Origin: Candidatus Binataceae bacterium
GTDB taxonomy: Bacteria; Desulfobacterota; Binatia; Binatales; Binataceae
Direction: 5' to 3'
Length of the DNA stretch: 64,000 bases
Assembly: GCA_030041155.1 (NCBI GenBank)
Contig: JASHOJ010000157.1
Coordinates: forward strand, 8,328 to 72,327
Shown one piece after another: positions 53,217-62,604 of this stretch. The notes beneath the pieces are model-generated. The model was not told the origin of the DNA and ran no database searches. It was given only the letters and a program-made list of their open reading frames with translations. Position 1 is the stretch's first letter. Every line of letters starts with the position of its first letter. A program made the position numbers and the translations under genes.

Positions 53217-54146
53217 GTGCAATCCGCGCAGCCATCTACCGAGCGATGCCTGGTGCTGAGGCTTAGGCCGTCGCGCCGCAAGGCTCGCGATCTCGCAATC
53301 GCCGAAGTCATGGCGATGCTGCGGGGTCTTGCCGCTCACCCGGCGGCAGGCGGGCCGTTTGCCTCGACCGGCGAAATCGCATGGGTAAACGTCGCCGAAC
53401 ATGACCTGGAGCGCGCCATCGCGCGGCTTTCCGGCCTCGGCTACAGCGGAGCGATCGAGCTTGTCGCACCAGTCAATCAGGAGTCGAGGCGAGTCCGGTC
53501 GCCAGTCACGCGATGGAAAGGGCGCGAGGTCACAACGATTCCGGTTTGGGCGGAAACAGACGAAGCGCTCAGGGGGAACGCACCGGATCGACGCAGGTTT
53601 CTGCTCGAATGCGCTGACGGAGTGACACGCCCGATCGTCGGTTATCGCGGCGGCGTCGGTCCGCTCGAGCATCGCGCGCTGCCAGTTGAGGATGCGCGCC
53701 TCCTGGTCAATCTGGCCGTGCCAGAAACCGGCGGCCGAATCCTCGATCCGTTCGCCGGCGCGGGCGCGGTAATTGTCGCGGCACGGGCCCGCGGACTAAT
53801 CACGGCAAGCGCGGACATAGATCGCGCGCTACGCTTCGGCCTGAGCGAGCTTTCGAACCATCATGTGGTTGCGGATGCGCGCGCGCTCCCGTTCGCTGCC
53901 GGTGCATTCGACGCGATCGCATCCGAGCCGCCGTATCATCCAGGCGCGCGCGACGCCGTCAGCGCCTCGATCGTGGAAGCCGCAAGAGTTGTTCGAAAAG
54001 GCGGCCGAATCGCGCTCCTGGTAGCCGCAGCCCAGGCACCGCCTATTCGCGACGCGGGCCCTCGTGCCGGGCTCGTGCTTGAAATCGACTCGGCGATCGA
54101 TCGCAAGGGGACGGCGGTCTCATGCCTGTGCTGGATCCGTCCGTAA
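53217..54146 (+). CDS. putative RNA/DNA (N6-A or N2-G type) methyltransferase
   Basis: 309 aa, GTG start. SAM motif ILDPFAGAGAV and catalytic EPPY. N-terminal non-catalytic domain. Confidence 0.6.
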   Translation: MQSAQPSTERCLVLRLRPSRRKARDLAIAEVMAMLRGLAAHPAAGGPFASTGEIAWVNVAEHDLERAIARLSGLGYSGAIELVAPVNQESRRVRSPVTRWKGREVTTIPVWAETDEALRGNAPDRRRFLLECADGVTRPIVGYRGGVGPLEHRALPVEDARLLVNLAVPETGGRILDPFAGAGAVIVAARARGLITASADIDRALRFGLSELSNHHVVADARALPFAAGAFDAIASEPPYHPGARDAVSASIVEAARVVRKGGRIALLVAAAQAPPIRDAGPRAGLVLEIDSAIDRKGTAVSCLCWIRP

Positions 54147-54176
54147 GATCCGTTCAGCGCCGAGCCGCGCGGCAAG

Positions 54177-55223
54177 TTATACGAAGCGCGACATGATGCG
54201 CTCGCCAAGAATCCGCATGTAATGAATCTGGCGATCGAGGTTTCCGCCCTCTGCGTTGATCCAGAGCCTGGTCGCCCCCGATGCCGCGAGCTCCTCAATC
54301 CGCGCGATCCAGTCTTCTGCGTCGCCCGCGAGCGCGAAGCGCCTGAGCGCATAGTCAGTAAGCCCAAGCTCCTCCATCCGACGCGGATTTGAGCCGCCTG
54401 AAAGCACGTGATCGTACAGCACGTATCCCTCCAGATACTGCTTAAGCTTAGGTTTAAGATCATCCGGCACCATCTTGCCGTCGAGGCTGAAGCGCATCGA
54501 ATGGTTGAGGATCGACGAGACCGATGCTTTCACGTTCTCGATCGCGCGTTCGCGATCCTCGTGGAGAGAGCTTCGGGTAGTGAACCATACCTCGACACCT
54601 ACCGGATCGCGGTCTGCCTCCGATGCCCCGGCTCTGACCCGCGCGATCGTGTCGGAGATAACCTCGGGCAATAGTCCTGTTCCGGCCGTCACAGCATCGC
54701 CAATCCGGCCGCCCAGGTGCAATATCTTGGGACCCTCGGCGCAAATCGAAATTGGAATCCGGGACCGAATCACCCGCGACGACCATCGCACCCGCTGCGG
54801 CCGCTTTTGATAGGTCGCCTCGCCGCTTGCGAGCAACGATCGCACGCACGCGACGTAATCCTCAATTCGCGCGCGACTTGCGATCTTGAAGCCGATATTC
54901 AGGACCGCGCTGTCGCCGCTGGCGATATCCATGAAAGCGCGCCCGCCGGTCATGGCGTCGATCGAGGCCAGGAACCCAGCCATAATCTGCGGCTCGCGGG
55001 TAAGCGGATTTGTGGGACGAAGGCCGACCCGGGCGCGGGTGGATGCGGACGCGAGCAGCGTGGTTCTTACAAAGGCATCGTCGCCGATAAACGAACTGTC
55101 GTAGGTGCCGATCGCGTCGGCGCCGTAGTCCTCGGCCATCTTGACCAGGTCGCCTATTCGACCAAGCTCGTCCCGGCGCGGTAACAGGCCGGGGGCGAGA
55201 TGGATACCGAATGAGATTTTCAT
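54177..55223 (-). CDS. LLM-class flavin/F420-dependent oxidoreductase
   Basis: ATG 55223. The MKISFGIHL... TIM-barrel luciferase-like pattern runs through the sequence. Confidence 0.7.
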   Translation of the reverse strand: MKISFGIHLAPGLLPRRDELGRIGDLVKMAEDYGADAIGTYDSSFIGDDAFVRTTLLASASTRARVGLRPTNPLTREPQIMAGFLASIDAMTGGRAFMDIASGDSAVLNIGFKIASRARIEDYVACVRSLLASGEATYQKRPQRVRWSSRVIRSRIPISICAEGPKILHLGGRIGDAVTAGTGLLPEVISDTIARVRAGASEADRDPVGVEVWFTTRSSLHEDRERAIENVKASVSSILNHSMRFSLDGKMVPDDLKPKLKQYLEGYVLYDHVLSGGSNPRRMEELGLTDYALRRFALAGDAEDWIARIEELAASGATRLWINAEGGNLDRQIHYMRILGERIMSRFV

Positions 55224-55287
55224 GCGGCGATGATAGTCGCCTCGCCCGCCGCCGTCACATCGCAATTGCGCGCGGTAGTCACGCCAG

Positions 55288-56214
55288 TTATTCGTCTGGG
55301 AAGGGCTTCTCTGGAATCGGCGCCTTGAACGCCCAGGTGAAGGAGCCTTGCTGGCGCATCAGTTGACCGCCTCGCTCCAGCGCCGGCCGCAGATGCCGCT
55401 CGAGCCGCTCCCGCTCGTGCGCAGTAAAGATCTTCGCGAAGATTTCCGCATTGGTCGGAAGCAGCGGATTCCCAGATGAGTTTAAGAACATGTCCCATTT
55501 TAGCGGTGGCATAGGGCCCGCGTTCAGATCCAGCTCGGTATGAACCCCGGCAAATCCCACCTCGATACACATCCGCATCAGGTCGCGCTCATTGAAATTA
55601 GTCATCGCCTCGTTGACCTGGAGATGCTCCTTCCAATACTCGCCGATGCGATCAAGTAGATCCTGGGCCGGCTCGTTCTCTTCGGATTTGGGATTCATCC
55701 ATTGCCTGCCCAGCCAGAACTTCGCGTCGTCAGCCATCCGTCGGTCGTCGATCGGCTCGAAAAGCGCGGTCCGTCCGCCGGGCTTGAGCACGCGCAAGAA
55801 CTCGCTGAGCGCGCGCGGCTTGTCATCGACGTAGATCAGCACCGATCGCGTGGTCACGAGATCGACTGACTTGTCTTCGATGCCCGCCAGGTCATCCGCG
55901 CTGGCCCTAATAAATGAGCATCGATCGACGACGCCCATCTGTTCGGCGGCAACGCGACAATGCTCCAGGAGCGCGTCCGAGATATCGGTGAAGACGACGC
56001 GGCCGGTCGCGCCCACCTTTTCCAGCGCGCCGAAGCCGATTAGACCTTCGCCCGCGCCAACGTCGAGCACGATCTTGCCCTCGGCGAGCCCGGATTTCTT
56101 AAGCAGGCGATCACGGAGGCGGCCCAGATGCTTCAGCATCAGCTCGGCCGCTTTCTCGTCGCCGCCGAAGCGTGTCTGCGCGAGCCATCGCGACCATTTA
56201 TCGGCTTCCGCCAT
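55288..56214 (-). CDS. class I SAM-dependent methyltransferase
   Basis: ATG 56214. Motif I VLDVGAGEGLIG, then VVFTDIS and LKPGGR. Confidence 0.8.
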   Translation of the reverse strand: MAEADKWSRWLAQTRFGGDEKAAELMLKHLGRLRDRLLKKSGLAEGKIVLDVGAGEGLIGFGALEKVGATGRVVFTDISDALLEHCRVAAEQMGVVDRCSFIRASADDLAGIEDKSVDLVTTRSVLIYVDDKPRALSEFLRVLKPGGRTALFEPIDDRRMADDAKFWLGRQWMNPKSEENEPAQDLLDRIGEYWKEHLQVNEAMTNFNERDLMRMCIEVGFAGVHTELDLNAGPMPPLKWDMFLNSSGNPLLPTNAEIFAKIFTAHERERLERHLRPALERGGQLMRQQGSFTWAFKAPIPEKPFPDE

Positions 56215-56378
56215 CGCTGGAGTGCCTCTTGGATCAGATGCTACCGGCGCTGCGTTTTGCGTCCAGTGTGGACCATGACAGCCCAACCCGGCAGCAGTCT
56301 TACCGGAATGCTAAGAACCCGATTGGTGACAAGGTGATTGAATCGCGCGAACCATCGTGGCAGCGGCATCGTGTGCGC

Positions 56379-56798
56379 TCATGCGAGGTCCCGCGGCACA
56401 AAACCTGGGACCCATTTCTCGTACTTGGGAAGATCGTCGTTGAGATCGACCCACGGGACCTTGGACGACGTGAACACATGCATCGAGAGGCGCACGCCCG
56501 GATCGCCGTCGAGCAATCCCGCCGGAACGCTCACCATCCCCGTTGCCTCCACGAACTTGGGCGCGGGAGAACCGCATCGGTTGCAGAAGCTCCGCGCATG
56601 GCCTGGCGTCCATTCGTATCCGGGGTTAATCAGATCCTCGCCGATCAGGAGCTTGAACCGCGCGGATCGGACGTGCGCAAACGTGGCGAACGAGGCGCCG
56701 GTCGTTTTCCGGCACACCGAGCAATGGCAGTTGGTCAGCGCCGTGACTTTCTCAATCTCGAACCTGATACCGCCGCATCCGCAGCTTCCCGTAATCAT
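56379..56798 (-). CDS. GFA/CENP-V family Cys-rich protein
   Basis: ATG 56798 after GAGGGA. CGCGGIRFE...CHCSVCRK...FCNRCGS zinc-ligand pattern. Confidence 0.8.
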   Translation of the reverse strand: MITGSCGCGGIRFEIEKVTALTNCHCSVCRKTTGASFATFAHVRSARFKLLIGEDLINPGYEWTPGHARSFCNRCGSPAPKFVEATGMVSVPAGLLDGDPGVRLSMHVFTSSKVPWVDLNDDLPKYEKWVPGFVPRDLA

Positions 56799-56894
56799 TT
56801 TTCCCTCACGCTTTCCGCTTTGTCGCGTAGCACGATCGATAGCACTTCGGCCGAATAGCGACAAAAGATGCTTTCGCGGCGCTTACTCCGGGGC

Positions 56895-57005
56895 CCTTCG
56901 ACTCAGGCAGCCTTCGCTCAGAGTGACGCGAGGAGTCCGCCTTACGTGAGCGAGCACGACCGCGCGTGTCATACCGAGCGAGCACCGCGCGAGTCGAGAG
57001 ATCCC
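56895..57005. repeat. cluster of REP-like GC-rich repeats (GTCAYnnnGAGCGA...GAGTCGArrG family)
   Basis: 56895..56927 (reverse orientation) reads GTCACTCTGAGCGAAGGCTGCCTGAGTCGAAGG. 56968..57005 reads GTCATACCGAGCGAGCACCGCGCGAGTCGAGAGATCCC. A partial copy lies at 56944..56966. Confidence 0.6.
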
Positions 57006-57070
57006 TAAACCAACGCCAAAGAAGAGATCGAGGTCGCGAGCAGACGCTCAGTGTGGCAGCATTCAATTTC

Positions 57071-57622
57071 ATGGAGCCGACCATAATCGCGCGGGGACCG
57101 CAGATTTTGATCGTCCAGTGCGACGAATGGGAGCGGTACTACGAGGACGCAAGGAGAGCGATCGAAGCGGCCGCGGGCGATTTGCTGCTAGCGTTCGAGC
57201 ACGTCGGCAGCACGGCGGTGCCGGGGCTCGCGGGCAAGCCGGTGCTGGATATTCTGGCTGGAACCGCAAGCCTTGATAATGGACCCGCGATCGCGGCGAG
57301 GCTTCAGCCACTCGGATTTATGCAGATTCCATTCATGACTCCGGACCGCCTGTTCTTCCTGAAACGGATGATCGAAGTCGCCGAAGGCGTCGACCTGAAG
57401 CATCCGGGATTCAACATCCATGTGGTGCCGATGGACCGGTTCCATCAAGATGAACAGTTAGTGTTCCGCGATTATCTGCGCGGCCATCCTGAGCTCGCTG
57501 CGCAATACGCGCAGCTCAAATGCGATCTCGCGGGCCGAATTAAAAGCTACAAAGAGTACATGCCGGCCAAGGCGGAGTTTGTCCAGCGTATCCTCGCCTC
57601 CGCTCGCGCCCCGTCCGGTTAA
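57071..57622 (+). CDS. GrpB family protein
   Basis: FEHVGSTAVPGLAGKPVLDIL and FRDYLRGHPELAAQYAQLK. Confidence 0.75.
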   Translation: MEPTIIARGPQILIVQCDEWERYYEDARRAIEAAAGDLLLAFEHVGSTAVPGLAGKPVLDILAGTASLDNGPAIAARLQPLGFMQIPFMTPDRLFFLKRMIEVAEGVDLKHPGFNIHVVPMDRFHQDEQLVFRDYLRGHPELAAQYAQLKCDLAGRIKSYKEYMPAKAEFVQRILASARAPSG

Positions 57623-57666
57623 CAGCCGTGGCGTCTGAGATGACGGAGCAGATCGCCAAGCTTCAC
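57619..57666 (-). pseudogene. 15-codon 5' stub of a HicA/YcfA-type toxin gene
   Basis: GTG overlaps the antitoxin TGA (GTGA). It encodes MKLGDLLRHLRRHGC, then TAA inside a TTAA shared with the grpB stop. Confidence 0.45.
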
Positions 57667-57878
57667 TTGACGATCACGGATTCTCGCAGTGCATCCGGAG
57701 GTAATCCACGCAACGCGTCGTCGCGACGATCTTGGAGAATCAGCTTGATAGCCTCGGAAAGGATCAAGAGGGCCTCGTTCTTGGTCTTGCCCTCACCGTT
57801 GGCGCCAGGAATTTCGGCGCAGTACGCAACGTATCAGTTGCCGTCTCGCTCGACGATGGCCGTGAACTCACTCGTCAC
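57663..57878 (-). pseudogene. HicB/UPF0150-type antitoxin gene with TGG->TGA nonsense codon
   Basis: The minus strand encodes MTSEFTAIVERDGN*YVAYCAEIPGANGEGKTKNEALLILSEAIKLILQD... The stop (57834..57836) sits where the family has the conserved Trp (DG.WYVA). Confidence 0.6.
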
Positions 57879-57959
57879 GAGGAAAGCTCGTGAATGAGCG
57901 TGGCACAGAGTTGCTGCTCTATATCAAGCTTGTATGCGGTTCCGCTTTACGGCTAAGGA

Positions 57960-58520
57960 TTATTCCCTCCAAATTTCCGCCTCGGTCCATCCGAGTTGCG
58001 TGAACTCGGCTGCTCGCAGCGGAGCTTCTGCGATAGAGAAAAACTCATCGAGCTGCGGCGGCGGAACGCTGGTGCCGGAGAGCATCGCGTGCGCTTGACC
58101 GCGATGATGAATCTGGTGCTGGAACAGATGGAGCAGTAATCGATCCGCGCGCTCAGTCTGCACGCGGGTCTCGCGATGCACTCGGATGGTCTGGCTTGGC
58201 CCGCCTTCATCCATCGCGTTGCACCATTTAACCAGCCGGCGATCAACCGCGGCCTGCGCAGGATGCAATTCCGCCAATGTTGGACACGGTACGGGATTCG
58301 CCCACGCAGCAGGCCCGAGCGTGCCGCCTTCGAGCGCATCAACATAAAAGTGATCGACAATAAGGATGTGATTCATCGTCGCCTGGATAGAGGGAAAGAA
58401 GCTCGTGCGAGGCGCCTCGAATTCGGCCTGAGATAACGCCGCGCAGGCGGAGAGTAGCCGATGATTCGCCCACGCGTTGTTGTACGCCATGACACGCAGC
58501 GTCAGCAGATTTGAAGGCAT
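57960..58520 (-). CDS. DinB family protein
   Basis: 186 aa. His triad context MNHILIVDHFY and HLFQHQIHHRGQ. Confidence 0.8.
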   Translation of the reverse strand: MPSNLLTLRVMAYNNAWANHRLLSACAALSQAEFEAPRTSFFPSIQATMNHILIVDHFYVDALEGGTLGPAAWANPVPCPTLAELHPAQAAVDRRLVKWCNAMDEGGPSQTIRVHRETRVQTERADRLLLHLFQHQIHHRGQAHAMLSGTSVPPPQLDEFFSIAEAPLRAAEFTQLGWTEAEIWRE

Positions 58521-58802
58521 GAAATCCTCCGCTATGGTCGAATACAGCCGTGGCCTTCGTACAATCGGGAATAATATCTACGTCGCCGTCGTTCAGCCGT
58601 AGCGTTTATTGGATGCGCTGTTCACTATCCTGCGGCGGTGGCCCGCTCACGCATCCAGGCGCTTCCAATACATCTCCTAATCCCGTTGCCAGGGTCAGCC
58701 TCGCCATCGGCCTCTTCAGGATCCAGCGTCTTGGCGATCTTAGCAACTCCCGCTCCTTCACCAATTCCCTGTATCGGCTCACCCCTTTTTGCGCTCCCTA
58801 GG

Positions 58803-59168
58803 CTAATTCGGAACCGGCGTTACTGACACGGCCACCGCTCGCCAAGTTCCGTCGCGCTTTGCAAACACGCGCAGGAATCTTTGGTCGGTGCGATGGTCAT
58901 CCATCTCCAATGTGAGGCGACCTCGGCTGATTGCCGTGTCTCCGAAAACGCGTGCCTCTTGTTCACTGAAAGATATCGATTTCACGACGCCGCCCGTGGG
59001 ATTGACTAACAGCTTGGCCTTGGTGATCGATTCGCCCCAAGGCATGAAGCCGGTGAAGTCATCCGCGAGAATTTCCGCCAGCGGCGCACGGTTTCGTCTT
59101 CGATAAGCATCGTTCCAAGCATCGTCCAATCGCAATATCTCCGCCCTATCGTCTGTTTGTGCCGTCAT
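58803..59168 (-). CDS. DUF4440/SnoaL-like (NTF2 fold) protein
   Basis: 121 aa. ILRLDDAWNDAY...LAEILADDF...FAKRDGTWRAVA. Confidence 0.7.
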   Translation of the reverse strand: MTAQTDDRAEILRLDDAWNDAYRRRNRAPLAEILADDFTGFMPWGESITKAKLLVNPTGGVVKSISFSEQEARVFGDTAISRGRLTLEMDDHRTDQRFLRVFAKRDGTWRAVAVSVTPVPN

Positions 59169-59283
59169 GATCCACCGCCGGATGTCCTTACAGTCGCGAG
59201 TTTATCTGCTACAGGACGCCGCTCGGATTGAACAGATAGTGCGCACATGTTCTCGTACCGGCCGCATCCGCAATTAAGCAAGC

Positions 59284-59312
59284 TTAGCAATCTAAGTCCA
59301 AGCGGCTAGAAT
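59284..59312 (+). promoter_or_regulatory. candidate sigma-70 promoter
   Basis: TTAGCA-17 nt-TAGAAT, 34 nt upstream of ATG 59346. Confidence 0.3.
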
Positions 59313-59345
59313 ACTTGACTGCGCGATGAGTGGATTGCGGCGAAT

Positions 59346-60545
59346 ATGAGCGAGCTCGACGATCTAAAGGTTTACGGCGAAAGCGACGTGGGCTGGTGCG
59401 AGTTAACGTTGCCGAACGAAACCGTCGACGATACGGGTCACCCGTTCGTGCAAGAGACGGGTTTCAGCGCGGCCGATCCGCGCGTGCCTAAGCGCCGGGT
59501 TTACGATGATCCCGCGGTGTGCGCGCTGCGCGAACATCTGCGGGCGCATAACGGAATTCGCGGGCTCGAAATCCTCGAACCGCGCGAAATCGAGAGAGCG
59601 GCGCGGATCTTCTTTCGCGACGGTTTCGTGGTGGTGAGAGATGTCCTCAACACTCACGAGCTCGCGCGATGGCGCGATGCCAGCGCCAGGGCGCTGAAGC
59701 AGATTCTCCAGATCCCAGGCGTTAACGGTCGGAAGTACCTGACTGAATCGTACCGGCTGCCTCATCGCTATAGCTACGGCACGTCCTCCGCGTCGCGGCA
59801 CCTATTGCACGATCCAGTCTGGGCATCGATGATCGATCTGCCGACCACGACTCCGATTCTCACCAGGCTTTTCGGCGGCCCCGATTATCACGTGCTTGGC
59901 GCCGGAGGCGACTTATGCCTGCCGGGCGCTATCGAGTATCAGGCGCTTCATTCGGACGGGGACCGCGAGCATTTTCAGATGCCGCCGCTGCGCGCCGAGC
60001 GGGCGCGGCGCCTTGGCGTCGAACCTCGTCTCCGCGGCGGTATCGAAGAGCAGCCCGCTCGAACGCTTCAGCTCGCCGTCGAACGAACGCCGCCAGTCAT
60101 CACGATTAACTTCCTGATGACCGATATGACGTGGGAGAACGGACCGATTCGGCAGATTCCCGGCACACAGATGCGTCCGGGCGCCGCGCCGGATCCCACC
60201 GATGAACCGGAATGGATGCGGCTTTCGACCTTGGTCGGCGCGCCTGCCGGCGCGGCGATCTTCCGTGATACGCGAGCATGGCACGGCGGAACGCCGAACT
60301 TGAGCCGCGAGATACGCGCGATGCCTAACGTCGAGTACATGGCACCTTGGTACCAGGAGGAACGAGGCTTTCGACCGGCGATGCCGTACGAAATCTGGGC
60401 CGGGCTCTCGCCGCATGCGCAGCGAATTTCGATGCTCACGCGCCTGCCAAAAGGAGTGTGGCCCGCGGGCGCGGGAGTGATGCATCCGCTGGCGAACGAG
60501 CGGCGCGCCGCCAAAGCATCCGGCGGCAAGCTCCCGCCCGACTGA
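59346..60545 (+). CDS. phytanoyl-CoA dioxygenase (PhyH) family Fe(II)/2OG oxygenase
   Basis: 399 aa. FRDGFVVVRDVL, facial triad candidates HSD (ALHSDGD) and WHGGTPN. Confidence 0.7.
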   Translation: MSELDDLKVYGESDVGWCELTLPNETVDDTGHPFVQETGFSAADPRVPKRRVYDDPAVCALREHLRAHNGIRGLEILEPREIERAARIFFRDGFVVVRDVLNTHELARWRDASARALKQILQIPGVNGRKYLTESYRLPHRYSYGTSSASRHLLHDPVWASMIDLPTTTPILTRLFGGPDYHVLGAGGDLCLPGAIEYQALHSDGDREHFQMPPLRAERARRLGVEPRLRGGIEEQPARTLQLAVERTPPVITINFLMTDMTWENGPIRQIPGTQMRPGAAPDPTDEPEWMRLSTLVGAPAGAAIFRDTRAWHGGTPNLSREIRAMPNVEYMAPWYQEERGFRPAMPYEIWAGLSPHAQRISMLTRLPKGVWPAGAGVMHPLANERRAAKASGGKLPPD

Positions 60546-60564
60546 CGAATGCCTGCGTCACAGC
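60509..60564 (+). repeat. 56-nt direct repeat, copy A (3' end of the PhyH gene plus 19 nt)
   Basis: CGCCAAAGCATCCGGCGGCAAGCTCC... aligns with 61371..61426 with about 7 mismatches. Confidence 0.8.
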
Positions 60565-60580
60565 ATCGCGGCGAACCTAA

Positions 60581-61267
60581 CTGTTTGGCGGCATCAAAAA
60601 GGCCGAGTTCGAAATCGAGCTTGCCCAACGGCTCGCGAAGACTGGAAGCCCTGTAGCGGGGCTGGAGCCTCGGGTCGAACCGGCAGCCTATCTTCGCGAC
60701 GGCTTCGTGGTCACGCTGTGGACCTATTACGAATCTGTGCCGTCCCGACGGTTCGGACCATCGGACTATGCGCACGCGCTCCAACAGCTACATGCCTGCA
60801 TGCGGCAGATCGATTTCCAAACGCCGCACTTCACCGATCGAATCACCGACGCCGAGCTGCTGGTCGGACACCGCGAGCAAACTCCGGAGCTTGCTGACGC
60901 TGACCGTGAGCTTCTGACCAACGTTTTACGAAGCCTCCGACAGGCGATTGCCGCCCGCGGATCGCCGGAGCAACTCCTGCATGGTGAACCACACCCAGGC
61001 AACCTGCTCAGGACGAAAAATGGGCTGCTGTTCACAGACCTCGAAACATGTTGCCGCGGGCCAGTCGAATTTGACCTCGCCTACGTACCCGATGGGGTGC
61101 TTGTGCACTATCCAAGCGCCGATCAACAACTCCTCCACCAATGCCGAATCCTGATGCTTGCGATGATCGCTGCGTGGCGTTGGGATCGAAACGACCGCTT
61201 CCCAAACGGGCGTCAAGTAGCACAAGAACTCCTCAACGAGCTCCGGGCAGCACTCTCTCGGTCATGA
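60581..61267 (+). pseudogene. 5'-truncated APH-fold phosphotransferase
   Basis: The frame is open only from 60581. It retains ...LHGEPHPGNLL...FTDLETCCRGPVEFDLAY (catalytic lobe) but lacks the N-terminal ATP-binding strands. No ATG until GTG 60707. Confidence 0.55.
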
Positions 61268-61370
61268 AACGAGACGGCTCCTTCCAGGCTCACACCGCTC
61301 AAGTTGAGTTCCATCACGCACCCTCGGCAAGAGGCCTTCCGGGAAGGCGTCTGAGTTGCACCCGCCGCAC

Positions 61371-61426
61371 CGCCAAAGCCTCCGGCGGCAAGCTCCTGGC
61401 CGCCTGAGGAATGCCCGCGTCGCAGC
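61371..61426 (+). repeat. 56-nt direct repeat, copy B
   Basis: In the same frame it encodes ...TAKASGGKLLAA*, compared with ...AAKASGGKLPPD* at the end of the PhyH gene. It lies 40 nt from tRNA-Gly. Confidence 0.8.
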
Positions 61427-61466
61427 CGCAGATCCTCGGACGCATTGATGTTAAAAGGAGAATCGG

Positions 61467-61541
<75 letters not shown>

Positions 61542-61636
61542 TCTGCCGCGAATCCTACGGTCCGTGTTTCCGGCTGTCAATTCGCTGTCCGCCCGCAATG
61601 GATCGCTGGGCGCAAGACAGGGCCGGGAAAAGAGCC

Positions 61637-61719
61637 GGGATTCCTCGCGCGTCAGGCAACCCAGGCGCACGGGAATGACAAGCAGCTTCGCTCGCGTTGC
61701 TCGCTGCGCTCGTAATGAC
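61637..61719 (-). repeat. two REP-like elements beginning TGTCATT on the minus strand
   Basis: Minus strand, 61719..61686: GTCATTACGAGCGCAGCGAGCAACGCGAGCGAAG. Minus strand, 61679..61637: GTCATTCCCGTGCGCCTGGGTTGCCTGACGCGCGAGGAATCCC. Confidence 0.5.
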
Positions 61720-61769
61720 ACAACCGAGGAACGCGTTGCTGGGTCATTTGTTGGATAGCACACTTTCTG

Positions 61770-62537
61770 TCACTGAACGGAAATTGGGATGCGGACCTCG
61801 AACTCCGAGTCCACCGCAATGCCGTCGCGCAGCGCCGGAAAGAATTTCCATCTTTTCAGCGTGGAGAGCACGATCTCGTTCAAGCGCGGATTCGGGGTGG
61901 GCTTGATCAGCATCACGATCACGTCTCCGTCCGCAAGCACTTTGAATTGAGCGACCGCGACGCTCTGGAAATCGCTCTCGCGCATATCATCCGGAATAAT
62001 CGGCAGCGGCGCGTAGATCGCGCGCGCACCGGCGCTGTCGGTGCCGAGTCCCGACCCGCTGCCGACCCCGGTGCTGCCCAGAGCGCCGACGCCCGTGCCT
62101 GGTTCCGCCTTTGCCGCGGTCGCCGGGGGCGCGGGAATCGCAATCGATCCGACCGCGCTGGTCGTCACCTGAGGCGGCGGATGCGGAGCCTCAACAATCT
62201 TATGATGCACGACCGGAGGCTTGCGCGCGATCCGCTTCGGCTTCGCATGGGGCGCAAGCGCCGCGCCGCCCTGAAGCCCGGCCGGCTTGGGCGGAGCCGG
62301 TTGAATCAGATGAACCTCGACCGCGCTGGTCGTGCGCGGGGTGGGAAGTTCGGGCCGAATGAACCGGGAGCAGAACAGCAGCAGCGCTATCGCGCTCGCG
62401 GCGGCGGGCCCGGCAATCGCAAATCGACGCCACGGCGGCACGAACCCAAAGCTGCCCTGGCCCTCGCCGTGGATATCCGCGAACTGCGTTATCAAATCGC
62501 CGGCCAAAGCGCCGTCATCAGGTTCAGAAACTCCCAT
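61770..62537 (-). CDS. tonB: TonB family energy transducer
   Basis: ATG 62537 (TTG 62558 is possible). TM anchor, Pro/Ala-rich spacer (PAPPKPAGL...KPPVVHHK), TonB C-terminal domain. Confidence 0.75.
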   Translation of the reverse strand: MGVSEPDDGALAGDLITQFADIHGEGQGSFGFVPPWRRFAIAGPAAASAIALLLFCSRFIRPELPTPRTTSAVEVHLIQPAPPKPAGLQGGAALAPHAKPKRIARKPPVVHHKIVEAPHPPPQVTTSAVGSIAIPAPPATAAKAEPGTGVGALGSTGVGSGSGLGTDSAGARAIYAPLPIIPDDMRESDFQSVAVAQFKVLADGDVIVMLIKPTPNPRLNEIVLSTLKRWKFFPALRDGIAVDSEFEVRIPISVQ

Positions 62538-62604
62538 CTTACTTCGGCGTATAATCAATCGACTTTAGCATCTTCACCAATCAACATTTCCGCAAATCGC
62601 GCGC

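Noticed and set aside
53094-53672. 192-aa minus-strand ORF spanning the palindromic spacer and the methyltransferase 5' end
   Set aside because: It has an Arg/Cys/Pro-rich composition and is antisense to a gene with clear SAM and EPPY motifs.
57901-57915. TGGCAC-AGAG-TTGCT on the plus strand
   Set aside because: The spacer is one nucleotide short, and no plus-strand gene lies downstream (the next gene, DinB, is on the minus strand).
58521-58802. 282-bp gap between the DinB and DUF4440 genes with short frames on both strands (for example ...GAGVAKIAKTLDPEE...)
   Set aside because: There is no frame with a credible start, length or family motif. The plus-strand ORFs 58550..58801 and 58638..58826 have a low-complexity Ser/Pro-rich composition. 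The gap is left unannotated.
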